The notes: generated by a model not told the origin, from the letters alone. Shown: positions 1-12,445, counted from the stretch's first letter. The stretch is 64,000 nucleotides of DNA from an uncultured Gemmatimonadales bacterium (GCA_963842945.1 CAWJIM010000016.1:32001-96000), one strand, 5' to 3'. Numbers and translations are program-made.

Positions 1-2549
1 ATCTTTCGGATTGCCCGTCCCCGCTCCGCCTGGTCGATCCTCGTCGCCCAATTCCGCAGCGTCATGGTGGTTCTCCTGTTGGTTGCGGGGGCCGTGGCCC
101 TGGTCTCAAGAGACCTGCTCGATGCCGGCGCGATCCTCGCCGTGCTGATCCTGAACGTCGCCATCGGCTTTGTGACCGAGCTCAGGGCGCATCGCGCGGT
201 CGAGGCGCTCCTCGAGCTCGAGGTGACCCATGCCCGGGCCGTGCGCGATGGCCGAGTGCGGGAGCTGGACGCGCGCGATCTGGTTCCGGGGGATGTGATC
301 GAGATCGAGACCGGGCAGATGGTCCCCGCCGACGCCAGGCTGCTTCAGGCCGCCGAGCTCCGCACGGTGGAGGCGTCACTCACCGGCGAGCCGCTGCCGA
401 TCGATAAGCGGGCCGAGGCGGTACTCGATGCTGAAGTGCCGCTGGCCGAGCGCACGACGATGCTGTACAAAGCCACTCCGGTAGTGGCGGGCCGGGGCCG
501 CGCTGTCATCGTGGCGACCGGGATGATGACGGAGGTCGGACGTATCGGCGAGCTGGTCAGCGGAATCGCCGAGAAGCGAACGCCACTCGAGCGCCGGTTG
601 GACACACTGGGACGGCGCCTGGTCGCGGTCGCGGTGGGAGTGGCCATCCTGGTGATCTGGCTGGGATACCTCCAGGGCCTGTCACCCAAGGAGCTGTTCC
701 AGACCGGGGTGGCGCTCGCGGTCGCGGCGGTGCCGGAAGGATTGCCGGTCGTCGGCACCATTGCCATGGCAGTTGGCGTACGCCGCATGGCTCGACGGCG
801 GGCGTTGATGCGGCATCTCCCCGCGGTGGAAACGCTCGGCTCGGCCACCATCATTTGCACCGACAAGACGGGGACTCTGACCGCGGGCGAGATGACCGTG
901 ACCATCGTCCGCCTGGACGACCGCGAGATCGAGGTGCGAGGATCCGGCTACTCGCCTCAGGGTGACTTCCTGCATCTGGGTACCCGAATCGATCCGCGGG
1001 GAGAGCCTCGGCTTGCGGCTGTCCTGCGGATCTGCGCCCTGACCAGCCGGGGAGACGTCGCCGAGCGCAACGGCGTCTGGGCTGCAGTGGGTGACCCGAC
1101 GGAGGCTGCGCTGGCCACGCTCGCGCGCAAGGCCGGGCTCGACCGCGACGCCCTGCTCACGAGAGCTGCCCGAGTCGGGCGAGCTGCCGTTCAGTAGTCA
1201 GCGCATGCTGATGGCGACATTTCACCGCTCCCCGTCGGGCGTGCTCATTGCGGTAAAGGGTGCTCCGGCCCGGGTTCTTCAGCTGAGCACCCGGGCTCTC
1301 GCAGAGACCGGTAGCCGGGAGCTGAACGAAGCCGAGCGCCGCCGCCTGCTGGAACTCAACCGCGAACTGGCCGGCCGCGGACTTCGGGTACTCGCCTTAG
1401 CTCAGAGAGATGGATCGGGGCCGGCAGATCGGGAGATCCAGGATCTCACCTGGATCGGCTTCGTGGGTATGACCGATCCGCCGGCTCCTGGCGTCAGGGA
1501 GACCATCGCCACCTTTCGGCGGGCAGGAATACGCACGGTGATGTTGACCGGCGACCAACGACTCACGGCCGAGCGCGTCGCTACCGATCTCGGCCTGAGC
1601 CAGGCTGACGACGTGATACTCGAGGGGCACGAGGTGGACCGGCTCTCGGATGCTGCGCTTCGGACGGCAACCCGGCACGCGGTCGGGTACAGCCGGGTGA
1701 GCCCGGAGGCTAAACTCCGCATCATCAGCGCCTATCAGGCCGGGGGCGATACCGTCGCCATGCTGGGAGATGGGGTGAACGATGCCGCAGCGCTGAAAAA
1801 GGCCGATATCGGTGTGGCCATGGGGCAGCGGGGAACCGACATGGCCAAGGAGGCATCCGATCTCATCCTGGAGGACGACCGATTCCAGACCATTGCGGCT
1901 GCGGTCGAGGAAGGCAGGGTAATATTCGACAACATTCGAAAGTTCGTCTTCTATCTGTTCAGCTGTAACCTGGGCGAGATCCTGGTGCTGCTCGGAGCTG
2001 GAGTTGCAGGACTTCCGCCGCCGTTGCTGCCGCTTCAGATCCTCTGGCTCAATCTGCTGACCGACACCGTGCCGGCCCTGTCGCTGGCGGTCGAGCCAGG
2101 CGAACCGGGACTCATGGATCAGCCGCCCCGCAACCCTGGGGAGGCCATCCTGTCTCCTCGCCTGACCCGCTCCATCATCGGTTACGGTCTGCTCATCAGC
2201 CTCTGTACTCTCGGCGCATACTGGTGGGCTCTCACCCGGTTTCCCCACGATCAGGCGCGGGCCACGACAGTGGCGTTCATGACCCTTGCATTCGCGCAGA
2301 TCCTGCACCTCGGCAACGCCCGGAGTGCTCTTCCGGTGCTCGCGCCGCTCCAGGTGGTGGCCAATCGGTATGCGCTCGCCGCGGCTTGGCCTGACCGCCG
2401 CACTGCAGGCGTTGACGCTTAAGCTCGAGCCGCTGGCGCGGGTGCTCCGGGTCGAGCCGATCGGGGGCGAAGGGTGGCTCGTGGTGATCGGGTTTGCGCT
2501 GATCCCGGCTCTGGCGGGGCAGCTCATCAAGACCATCAGGGCGCAGTGA
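1..2549 (+). CDS. Cation-transporting P-type ATPase (type II, Ca2+/CtpF-like), 5' partial; frameshifts ~1165 and ~2385
   Basis: VAAVPEGLP, DKTGTLT phosphorylation motif, GDPTE, KGAP, MLTGD, GDGVND, QILWLNL motifs across ORFs 64..1197, 1091..2422, 2286..2549. Confidence 0.9.
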
Positions 2550-2561
2550 TGTCGCTTCGGT

Positions 2562-3785
2562 TCACATGGCTCCCACGATACGAACAGGACTGAGGCGCCT
2601 CTCTGTCGTGCCATCGCCGAGTTGGCCGCTGCGATTCTCCCCCCAGCAATAGCCGACACCGGCAGCGGTCGTCCCACAGCTGTGGGACGCGCCAGGGCTG
2701 AGCTGAACCAGGGCGAGACGGCCGGCCACCGAAACCGGAGTCGATTGCTGCAGAGTGGTACCATCGCCAAGCAGTCCACCGGTTCCCCAGCAGTAGATGC
2801 GGTGCAGAATGGTCTCGCCGCAGGTGAATGGGTTAAAGGACCCACCTGCGCCGACGCTCTCGAACGACAGCCCTCCCACAACGGCTACCGGCCAGAGGCG
2901 GACGCGGAGGTAGGTCTTGCCGTTGCCCAGCGCGCCCCATCGGTTGCTTCCCCAGCAGTACGCTCTAGCCGCGGTAGAGACCGCGCAGGTGTGCAGGTTC
3001 CCCGCTGATACCTGCCGAAACTTCAGGGTTCCAGCGGCGACCCGGACTGGACTGAAATGCCCCACTCTGCTGCTGTCCCCCAGCTGACCGTAATAGTTCC
3101 GTCCCCAGCAGTAGAGTTGCCGGGAGATAGCGAGACCGCAGGTATGTTGTCCGCCTGCACTCAACTGAAGCCAGCGCCGCCCGCCGAACACGGGAACGGG
3201 GGTCAAGCGATCGGTCGTCGTGCGATCGCCAATCTGTCCGGAGGAGTTATTTCCCCAGCAGTACGCCAGACTGTCGTAATACCCAATGGCGCACGCGTGA
3301 TGTCCGCCGGCGACGACTTGCCGGAATCGGAGCGCGCTTGCCACCGGCGTCGGTGTCAGCCGGTCCTGAGTAGTACCGTCGCCCAATTGCCCAGAATTTG
3401 CGCCCCAGCAGTGGACTCGAAATCCGGTTCCCAAGCCACAGGAGAACTCGTTGCCGGCGCTCACACTGCGAAATCTGACGGTCCCGACGACGAGCTCCGG
3501 CGTCGGTTGAGGGTCCCAACTCGATGTACCATTGCCAAGCTGCCCCCGCGCATTGGAACCCCAGCAGTAGGCCAGGTCTTCCTGGGTTACCCCACAGGTG
3601 TGATCGTAGTCCGCAAGCAAGCCCCGGCCCGAGCTGACCTCTCGAAACACCAGTGCGGCGGCCGACCCCAGGCTCGGGCTGGAGGGTTCGGCTACCGGAG
3701 CGGTAGGCGCGTCATTCGTACTCTGACAGCCGGTCGCTGCCAGCAGCGCCAGGGAACCCAGAGCCAGAATTGAAGGCTTGCGCAC
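2562..3785 (-). CDS. RCC1/BLIP-II-repeat beta-propeller lipoprotein
   Basis: Lipobox LAATG-C; repeated HTCG...AYCWG.N..GQLG.G units. Confidence 0.88.
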   Translation of the reverse strand: MRKPSILALGSLALLAATGCQSTNDAPTAPVAEPSSPSLGSAAALVFREVSSGRGLLADYDHTCGVTQEDLAYCWGSNARGQLGNGTSSWDPQPTPELVVGTVRFRSVSAGNEFSCGLGTGFRVHCWGANSGQLGDGTTQDRLTPTPVASALRFRQVVAGGHHACAIGYYDSLAYCWGNNSSGQIGDRTTTDRLTPVPVFGGRRWLQLSAGGQHTCGLAISRQLYCWGRNYYGQLGDSSRVGHFSPVRVAAGTLKFRQVSAGNLHTCAVSTAARAYCWGSNRWGALGNGKTYLRVRLWPVAVVGGLSFESVGAGGSFNPFTCGETILHRIYCWGTGGLLGDGTTLQQSTPVSVAGRLALVQLSPGASHSCGTTAAGVGYCWGENRSGQLGDGTTERRLSPVRIVGAM

Positions 3786-3863
3786 GATACACCTCGTTCC
3801 TTCCAGTATGGAGCACAGGGGTCAGGTTCGAATGGATGCGAACTCGGCCCGGAAACAGAGTGA

Positions 3864-3916
3864 ATTCTAGGGCTGGGGCATGATGCGCTGGTGGAATTTT
3901 CGTGAGGATCTCTTCA
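3864..3916 (-). promoter_or_regulatory. CTTCA-repeat promoter box 1 (RCC1 lipoprotein)
   Basis: Sense: TGAAG-N4-CCTCA-N6-TTCCA-N6-CATCA-N11-TAGAAT. Confidence 0.65.
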
Positions 3917-3956
3917 GGCAAACCTCACTCCGGCGTCAGGGACCGGAGCGTATGCT
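3903..3956 (+). promoter_or_regulatory. CTTCA-repeat promoter box 2 (Kelch K1)
   Basis: TGAGG-N4-CTTCA-N6-CCTCA-N6-CGTCA-N12-TATGCT. Confidence 0.75.
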
Positions 3957-4008
3957 GGGGCACGCTTCACAGGGATGCGGACGAGATCAGCACCGTCAGG
4001 AGGTTGGT

Positions 4009-4600
4009 ATGAGAAGACATTCAGCTGCTGCTCTTCTGGGACTCGGCTGCCTGCTGCTGGCAGGCTGTTCCGATCAGACTGCTCCATCCGGGATGCGGAG
4101 CGATGCCGGTCCGGACCTCGCGGTTACCCATAACACCTGGATCACCCGGAAGGACATGTGGAATACCGAGCGGACCGATTTCGCGACCGCCACGGTGCCC
4201 AATGCGGCCGGCCAGTCGGTGGTGTATGTGATCGGGGGCCGCGGCGCGTCGAACGTGGGGCTCACCAGTGTCATGGCGTATAACGTCGCCACCAACACCT
4301 GGACCCTGAAGAGCGCCCCTCCCCTGGCCTCGGTACGCGATGAGCGGAGCCGGTGTGATCAACGGCAAGATCTACATAACAGGGGGGTACCCGTACGGAT
4401 ATTCCAGTCCTCGGACGCTGATGTATGATCCCGCCAAGAACACTTGGGCCGAGAAGAGCCGCATGCCGGACGTGGAAGATCTGCAGGCCGGTGGTACAGG
4501 GGTGACCGGGGTCATCAATGGCAAGCTCTACGTGGTAACAGAGGGACGGTGCACTGATACGCGGCCCGACTATGACGAGAACGTTGTCCGTGATGGGTGA
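4009..4600 (+). pseudogene. Kelch-repeat lipoprotein K1, 3'-truncated after ~3 blades (frameshift ~4330)
   Basis: Lipobox LLAG-C; ATVPNAAGQSVVYVIGG, YNVATNTWT, GVINGKIYITGGY, GKLYVV then stop; lacks the second half present in paralogs. Confidence 0.75.
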
Positions 4601-4625
4601 TCGCGGTGAAACGGGCGCCGGCTGG

Positions 4626-6677
4626 TCAGAGCCGGGCCCGCCGAAGCAGCTGGGCGTTGACCGCAACGATGACGGTGCTGAGCGACATGAGGATCGCCCC
4701 GACCGCCGGGGACAGCAGGATCCCCCGGTGGGCCAGGATGCCCGCTGCGAGCGGAATGGCGACGATGTTGTAGCCGGCGGCCCACCAGAGGTTCTGCACC
4801 ATCTTGCGGTAGCTCGCCTTCGATAGCGAGACGATCCGCGGCACATCGCGCGGGTCGCTTCGAATCAGCACCACATCGCCGGCTTCGACCGCCACGTCGG
4901 TTCCGGCACCGATCGCGATGCCGACGTCGGCCGTGACCAGCGCCGGCGCGTCGTTCACCCCGTCGCCCACCATGGCGACGCGCTTGCCCTGGCGCTGAAG
5001 CTCCTGGATCTTCGCCGCCTTTTCCTCCGGAAGAACCTGGGCAAAGACTCTGTCGATCCCGAGCTCGGCGGCCACGGCTTCGGCCACCGGCTGAGCATCG
5101 CCGGTCAGCATGGCGACTTCGATCCCCAGCCGATGCAGCCGGTCGACCGCCTCCCGTGATTCGGGACGGATCGCATCGGCCACGCTGAAGGCCGCCAGGA
5201 CTCCGGTCCCTTCGATCAGGTAAATGACGCTCTGTCCCTTGGCCGCCGCCGCTGCGGTAAACTCGTCCAGCTCGCGGGGAAGCGTGAGGTTCAGCTTCCG
5301 CAGCAAATTCGGCCCACCGAGGGCGAGCTTCCGGCCATCCGACCACGGCCTCGACTCCGTAGCCGGACATGGCACTGAAGTACGTGGCGCGGGGAATGTC
5401 GTATCCCTGTTCCTGGGCGCTGGTCACCACCGCCCGCGCGATGGGGTGCTCGGCATCCTGCTCCATTGCGGCGGCCAGCCGGAGCGCCTCTGCTTCGGTG
5501 AGACCGTCAGCGTCCTCATCGCCACCACCCGGTGCTCGCCCAGGGTGAGCGTCCCGGTCTTGTCGAAGACCACTGCGTTGAGCAATCGGGCCTCCTCCAG
5601 GCCGCGCCGGTCGCGGACCAGGAGCCCGCCCCGGGCACCGAGAGTGGTCGAGATGGCGATGACCAGCGGCACGGCCAAACCGAGCGCGTGGGGGCAGGCG
5701 ATGACGAGTACGGTGACCAGCCGCTCGACCGCGAAGGCGGCATCCGCGCCCGCCGCCAGCCACCCGGCCAGGGTGACCGCTCCCGCGCCGAGCGCGACGA
5801 TGGTAAGCCAGTACGCGGCCCGGTCGGCCAGCGCCTGGGCCCGGCTCTTGGACTGTTGAGCCTGCTCGACCAGGCGCATGATCCCGGCGAGCGTGGTGCG
5901 CTCTCCGGTTCCGGTTACTTCAACCCGCAGCGATCCCGAGTCATTCACGGTGCCGGCGATCACTGGGGCGCCGGGGTTTTTCTCGACCGGCCGAGATTCG
6001 CCCGTGATCATGGATTCGTTCACGCTGCTGTGGCCTTCGCGTGCGATGCCGTCTGCGGCTACGCGGGCACCCGGGCGCACCAGGATCAGATCACCCGGTC
6101 GAAGCTCTGCGACCGGCACCTCGACCGGCTCTCCTGTCCCGCTGATACGCAGCGCGGTATCCGGCAGCAGCCTGGCCAGCTCGGCCAGGGCCCCCTGCGC
6201 CTGGGTGATCGACCGCATCTCGATCCAATGGCCCAGCAGCATGATCGTGACCAGGGTGGACAGCTCCTCCCAGAGCGGCATCCCGCGATAGCCCAGAGTC
6301 ACCGCCGCGCTGAAGACGAACGCCACCGAGATCGCCAGGGCGATCAGGGTCATCATCCCCGGCAGGCGCTCGCGCAGCTCGCGAACGGCTCCCTGGATGA
6401 ATGGCCAGCCTCCGTAGAGGAACACAGCGGTGCCGAACACCGGCGGGATCCAGCGGGCACCAGGGAACTGTGGCGGCGCGTACCCGAACGCCCGCTGCAG
6501 CATGTGACCCCAGATCAGGGTCGGGATGGTGAGAAGGAGAGAGATCCAGAACTTGTCCCGGAACATCGCGACACTATGACCGGCGTGTTTGGCATGCGGG
6601 TCGTGTCCGCCGGCCGGATGTTGGCGGTGTGCCGGGGTCGAAAGATTCGGTTGATGTTCGTGCTGCTGGTGGCGCAC
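4626..6677 (-). CDS. copB: Copper-translocating P1B-type ATPase (CopB-like); frameshifts ~5340-5500
   Basis: His-rich N-terminus, CPH in TM6, DKTGTLT, EHP, GDGVND, YN..AIP, MSLST. Confidence 0.85.
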
Positions 6678-6733
6678 GCCGCGCTCAGGCCTTTGTCTGA
6701 GGGCTCAGCCCAGGCTCATTCGCGCTTGCCCGG

Positions 6734-7102
6734 TTATCTAGAGTCATGATGTTCGGCATGTGCGCTATCGTCCCGATCCGACGGTGCCATCCGGGGTCCA
6801 CCCATCATGTGCTCCGAGTGCATCCGCTCCATCATCTGCATCATATGCGACCGCATCTGCTTGCGTTGGGCGACCAGCTCGTTGATCACCGCCGCCATGG
6901 CCTCGACTTTCTTTTGTCCGGTAGCACGATTCATCTCGCCCACCAGCCGGTCCATCCGGGCATCGGCCGCCTGGACCTGCTGCATCATCCTCTCATGGTT
7001 CATCATCATGGCGCTGTCCCGATGCGGAACCGGCTGTTGAGCGGATACCGCGACCGGAGATAGCGTGGCGGCCAGCAGAAAAATTCCAATGTGGCGAATC
7101 AT
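6734..7102 (-). CDS. Small exported Met/His-rich helical protein, possible copper binder
   Basis: Sec signal (..VAVSA-QQ); MMMNHERMM, MRSHMMQMMERMHSEHMM, HAEHHD; directly upstream of copB. Confidence 0.7.
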   Translation of the reverse strand: MIRHIGIFLLAATLSPVAVSAQQPVPHRDSAMMMNHERMMQQVQAADARMDRLVGEMNRATGQKKVEAMAAVINELVAQRKQMRSHMMQMMERMHSEHMMGGPRMAPSDRDDSAHAEHHDSR

Positions 7103-7162
7103 GGGTTCAGCTCCTGTATCGAGTGTACAGCATCAGCATTCTTTCGGCCAAGCTCACCCTGC

Positions 7163-9620
7163 TCAGCACTCATCCGCTCCGGCGGCAATCCTGTACGCTA
7201 CCCTGGCGAGCGAGTCGGGATTGAGCGATATCGAATCGATCCCGATCCGCACCAGATAATCGGCGAAGTCGGGGTAGTCGCTCGGCGCCTGGCCGCAGAT
7301 CCCGACCGGCCGCCCGTTCTGGTGGGCTGCGGCGATGACCATCTGGATCAGCCGCTTCACCCCGGGATCCCGCTCGTCGAACACTTCGCGGAGCAGCTCG
7401 GAGTCGCGGTCCACGCCGAGCGCCAGCTGGGTGAGATCGTTGGACCCGATGGAGAAGCCATCGAAAAGCTGGCTGAACTCGGCGGCAAGAATGACGTTGT
7501 TGGGGATCTCGCACATGACGTAGACCTGCAGGCCGTTCTGTCCCCGAATGAGGCCGTTCTCCGCCATCACCCGAAGCACCCGGCGGCCTTCCTCCACCGT
7601 CCGGCAGAACGGAATCATCACCTTGACGTTGGTCAGGCCCATCTCCTCCCTGACCCGCCAGATCGCGGCGCACTCCAGGGCGAAGGCCTCCCGATAGCGA
7701 TCGTCGTAATAGCGGGAGGCGCCGCGGAAGCCGATCATCGGGTTGGACTCCACCGGCTCGAAGTCCCTGCCGCCCAGCAGCCCGGCGTACTCGTTGGTCT
7801 TGAAGTCGGAGAAGCGCACTATCACGGGCCGGGGATAGAAGGCGGCCGCTATCTGGGCCACGCCGCTGGCCAGGCGGCTCACGAAGAACTCGGATGCCGG
7901 ATGAATGTTTGCCACCCGCCTCCGGATCTCGTCAGCCGCGGCCTCGTCGGTCACCCGCTCCAGGTGGAGAAGCGCCATCGGGTGGACCCCGATCCAGCTC
8001 GACACCACGAACTCGATCCGGACCAGCCCCACGCCGTCGCTGGGAAGTTGGGCCAGATGGAACGCCCGCTCCGGATTGGCCAGGTTGAGCATCAGAGGCA
8101 CCGCCGGCTTCGGCAGAGTCGCCGGGTCGATCTCCTGCCGGTCGAAGGCAACTTTCCCCGCGTACACTCTTCCGTCCTCGCCTTCGGCACAGGAGATGGT
8201 GACCTCCTGGCCGTCGCGGAGTACCTGGGTGCCGCGCACGGTGCCCACCACGCAGGGGATTCCCAGCTCGCGGGCCACAATCGCCGCGTGACAGGTGCGC
8301 CCTCCCTCGTCGGTGACCACGGCAGCGGCCTGCTTGAGGACCGGCTCCCAGTCCGGGTCAGTCATCGGCGCCACCAGCACCTCGCCGGGCTGGAACTGGC
8401 TGAGACCTTCGGTGGACCGGATCACTCTCACGCGGCCGGTGGCGACGCTGTTCCCCACTGCCTGACCCGTCAGCAGGATTTCGGCTTCCCCCTGCCTCCG
8501 GTAGAATGCCAGGCTGGGAGCAGTGGAGCGGGAGTGCACCGTCTCCGGCCTGGCCTGGAGGATGAACAGCTGGCCGTCGCGGCCATCCCGGGCCCACTCG
8601 ATATCCATCGGAGTAGGGCGTCCCGCCCGCTCGGAGTAGTGGTCCTCGATCTCGAGCGCCCACTGGGCCAGGGTGAGAACGTCGTCGTCGCCCAAAACCG
8701 CGGCCTGGCGCTCCCGCCGAGGCACCCGCACTTCTCGCACCGTCTTCCCGCTCTCCTCGGCGTAGATCAGTTTCATCTCTTTATCAGCAATCTCCCGGCG
8801 GATGATGGAGCGGTGCCCCTGCCGCAGGGTCGGCTTGTGCACCCAGAACTCGTCGGGGCGAACCCTGCCCTGCACCACCGTCTCGCCCAGGCCCCAGGCA
8901 CCGGTGATGAGCACCACGTCGCGAAATCCGCTCTCGGTATCCAGGGTGAAGATCACGCCGGCCGAGTCCAGGTCGCTCCGGACCATCTTCTGCACGCCGA
9001 CCGATAGCCCCACGTCGCGGTGCTCGATTCCCCGCTCGGCGCGATACACGATGGCCCGCTCGGTAAAGAGAGAAGCCATGCAACCCCGGACCGCCCGGTC
9101 GAGCGCTTCGAAGCCGCGGATGTTGAGATAGGTCTCCTGTTGCCCCGCGAAAGAAGCCGTAGGCAGATCCTCGGCGGTCGCGCTGGAACGGACTGCTACG
9201 TCGGTAGCCTCCTCGGTGTAATCCGTGGACAAGCGACTGTAGGCGGCCCGAAGTTGCTCGGCCACCTCGCTCGGCAGCGGCGCAGTGGCTATCCGGTTCC
9301 TGATTGACCGTGCAGTCCCGGCCAGGGCGGCGACATCATGCAGGTCTACACCCGCCAGCTCGGTGTAGATGCTCGAGTCAAGGCCGGCGGCTCGAAGGTG
9401 CAGGCGGAAGGCGTCAGCAGTGACGGCAAAGCCGTTGGGGACTCGGATTCCCTTGGGTCCTCAGTGCGCGGATCATTTCTCCCAGCGAGGCATTCTTCCC
9501 CCCGACCCGCGGAAGATCTTCCAGGTTGATCTCGCTGAAGGGCAGGACGTACTGGGGCGAAGCCGGTGGAGAGGGTGACGCCCAGGACGGGCGAGGAACG
9601 CTGGCGGTGGCATTGCTCAT
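7163..9620 (-). CDS. ppsA: Phosphoenolpyruvate synthase; frameshifts ~9300-9450
   Basis: VGGKNASLGEM, VRSSATAEDL, FAGQQET, TCHAAIVARE, GFSIGSNDLTQL. Confidence 0.93.
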
Positions 9621-9659
9621 GAGTGGGCCTCGAGATTCATGGTGGTTTCAACTCCTGAC

Positions 9660-9704
9660 AATCTGCGAGGCGCGATATGAAGGAACCATGAAGCGCAGAG
9701 GAAT
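9660..9704 (-). promoter_or_regulatory. CTTCA-repeat promoter box 3 (ppsA operon)
   Basis: Sense: ATTCC-N6-CTTCA-N6-CTTCA-N12-CAGATT. Confidence 0.72.
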
Positions 9705-9720
9705 CCGGGATCAGCCATTC

Positions 9721-9773
9721 GGAAGAAGTCTTCACGGTGGGTTCAGTCCGGATTCAGGAGCCGGGAGCAAACT
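9721..9773 (+). promoter_or_regulatory. CTTCA-repeat promoter box 4 (CBS gene)
   Basis: GGAAG-N4-CTTCA-N6-GTTCA-N6-ATTCA-N11-CAAACT. Confidence 0.75.
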
Positions 9774-9799
9774 TCAGGCAACCTTCTCCCGGAGGCACC

Positions 9800-10201
9800 A
9801 TGCTGGTTTCCGAACTGATGCAGACCGATCTCCAGGTCATCGCTCCAGATGCAGCAGTGAACGAGGCCGCAGTTACTCTGGCAGAGGCCCACGTTTCGGG
9901 CCTCCCGGTGGTGGACCGGCGCGGACACCTGGTAGGAGTCATCTCCAGCACTGATATCCTCGCTTCGGAAGAGGAGGTTGAAGGTGAGGCGGGGAGGGTG
10001 GCGCTGTTCGAGGAGACTCTGGTCCGCGATCTCATGACCCCGCGGCCCGTGACCGTCGCGCCAACGGCCACGGTCAAAGATGCTGCCCAGCTCCTGCTCT
10101 ATGCCGACGTGCACCGGGTATTTGTGATGGATGGCGACCGGCTGGTCGGCGTCCTCTCCACCACGGACATCGTTCGAGCGGTCGCCAACGGCCAGCTCTG
10201 A
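9800..10201 (+). CDS. CBS-pair domain protein
   Basis: GGAGG RBS; VSELM, SGLPVVD..G.LVGVIS.TD, VRDLM, LVGVLSTTDI. Confidence 0.9.
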   Translation: MLVSELMQTDLQVIAPDAAVNEAAVTLAEAHVSGLPVVDRRGHLVGVISSTDILASEEEVEGEAGRVALFEETLVRDLMTPRPVTVAPTATVKDAAQLLLYADVHRVFVMDGDRLVGVLSTTDIVRAVANGQL

Positions 10202-10365
10202 GTCAGGGCACGATGCTCAAATCTAGCCTGTCTCGTTCGGGCCTCATCGGGCACGTCATCATGCACGGCGCCGCGGTCTTCCACGGGATAGAGAGCACTC
10301 CGCAGCTCCCGCCGCACTTCCCCCATTCAATGAGATAGGGGCGCGGCTCTAACCGAACCTGATCG

Positions 10366-10419
10366 TGAAGCAATCTTCATCGCGAGTTCACGCTGGCAGC
10401 GGGAAGCGGTCGCCATCTT
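10366..10419 (+). promoter_or_regulatory. CTTCA-repeat promoter box 5 (nosZ operon)
   Basis: TGAAG-CAAT-CTTCA-N6-GTTCA-N6-(degenerate third unit)-N12-CATCTT, ending 36 nt before the nosZ ATG. Confidence 0.72.
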
Positions 10420-10455
10420 CGGGAGTAGGTGATGCGTATTCCACAAGGAGAGAAG

Positions 10456-12445
10456 ATGAGTTCGATCCGCCATACCGCCCTCGCGGCCGCGCTGGTTGCT
10501 ATCGGAATTTCCGGCTGTAGTCACTCCGGGTCAGGCCGGGTAGGCGACACCGGGGATGCCGCCAAGCAGGTGTACGTAGGCCCCGGCAAATACGATGAGT
10601 TCTATGCCTTCATGTCGGGCGGCTTCGACGGGCAGGTCGGGGTGTACGGCCTGCCGTCGGGCCGGCTGCTCAAGCACGTGCCGGTGTTTTCCCAGAGTGC
10701 GGAGAACGGCTGGGGCTACAGCGAGCAGACCAAGCCGATGCTGGCCACCAGCTACGGGTTCGTGCCCTGGGACGATGCCCACCATCCCCAGCTCTCCCAG
10801 ACCAAGGGCATTGTTGATGGACGATGGCTCTTCATCAACGGCAACAACACTCCGCGCATCGCCCGGCTCGACCTGACCCGCTTCGAGACCGAGGAGATTC
10901 TCGAGATTCCCAACTCGGCCGGCAATCACAGCTCGCCGTTCGTCACCGAGAACAGTGAATACGTCGTGGCGGGAACGCGATTCAGCGTGCCATCGCCGCA
11001 GCGGGACGTGTCGATCGAGGAATACAAGGACGCCTTCAGCGGGGTGCTCAGCTTCGTGCGGGTGGACAGCGCCACCGGTCACATGCAGCTGGCCTTCCAG
11101 ATGAGACTCCCGGCCTTCGACTACGACTTGTCCCACTCGGGCAAGGGCCCGTCGCACGGCTGGTCGTTCTTCACCAGCTACAACAGCGAAGAGGGCAACT
11201 CCAAGCTCGAGGTCAGCGCCTCGCAGAAGGACAAGGACTACATCGCGGCGGTCAACTGGAGACGAGCGGAAGAATGTGTCGCCCAGAACAAGGCTAAGAC
11301 CGAACCGGCCCGCTACGCCCACAACCTGATGGGCGAGGACGGTATCGCCCGGACCGAGTGGGGCTCCAGCGTAACGATGCTGACTCCGGCCGGCTGCCCC
11401 GGGATGGTGTACTATCTCCCCACTCCCAAGTCGCCCCACGGGGTCGACGTGGATCCCACCGGCGAGCTCATCGTGGCCGGCGGCAAGCTCGCGACGGTGA
11501 TCCCGGTGCACTCCTTCAGCAAGATGCAGAAGGCCATCGCGGACCGCGCCTTCACCGGCGAGGTGCACGGAATCCCGGTGCTCAAGTACGAGGCGGTGGT
11601 GGCGGGAGAGGTGCAGAACCCGGGCCTGGGCCCCTTGCACACCGAGTTCGACGGCAAGGGAAACGCCTACACCTCGATGTTCCTCGCGTCCGAGATCGTG
11701 AAGTGGAGCCTCAAGGACTTCAAGGTGCTGGATCGGGCGCCCGACCTACTACTCGATCGGCCACCTGATGATCCCCGGAGGGGACAGCCGCAAGCCCTGG
11801 GGCAAGTACGTCCTGGCGCTGAACAAGATCACCAAGGACCGCTATCTCCCCACCGGTCCGGAGCTGGCCCAATCGGCCCAGCTGTACGACATCAGCGGCA
11901 GCCGGATGAAGCTGCTGCTGGATTTCCCGACCATCGGCGAGCCGCACTACGCGCAGGCCTTGCCCGCCGAGCTGATCCGCGAACGGCAGCTCAAAATGTA
12001 CTCGCTTAAGGACAACAAGGATCCGTTCGCTGTGCGCTCCGAGATGAAGACCAGAGTGGACCGGAAGGGCAACGTGGTTGACGTGCTATTGACGTCGGTG
12101 CGGAGCCACTTCATGCCCGACAAGATCGAAGGAATTCGCCTGGGCGACACCGTCTACTTCCATGTGACCAACCTGGAGCAGGACTGGGACGTACCTCACG
12201 GCTTCGCCATCACCGGAGCAAACAACTCCGAGCTGCTGATGATGCCGGGACAGACCCGTACCCTGATGTGGGTGCCCCAGCGGGTCGGCGTCTTCCCCTT
12301 CTACTGCACCGACTTCTGCTCGGCGCTGCACCAGGAGATGCAGGGGTATGTGCGGGTCTCGCCCCGCGGCTCGAAGGTGGAGCTGGCCTGGAACAGCCCG
12401 ACCTACAAGGGGTGGAGAGGTCGAGGAACTGAATCCGCGGAATGA
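10456..12445 (+). CDS. nosZ: Clade II (Sec-type) nitrous oxide reductase; frameshift ~11740
   Basis: No twin-Arg leader, lipobox-like ISG-C; DAHHP, GNH, SPHG, GLGPLHTEFDG, EPH; CuA site HGF...CTDFCSALHQEM. Confidence 0.95.

Noticed and set aside
7091..9007. Long antisense ORFs (also 1397..2881, 5532..6749, 45637..47262 and others)
   Set aside because: Shadow ORFs of real genes in high-GC DNA with no family motifs of their own
10366..10379. TGAAG-N4-CTTCA as an FNR/DNR box
   Set aside because: Same 5-4-5 geometry but sequence differs from TTGAT-N4-ATCAA, and the more constant element is the 11-bp direct repeat; a CRP/FNR-family contribution is not fully excluded
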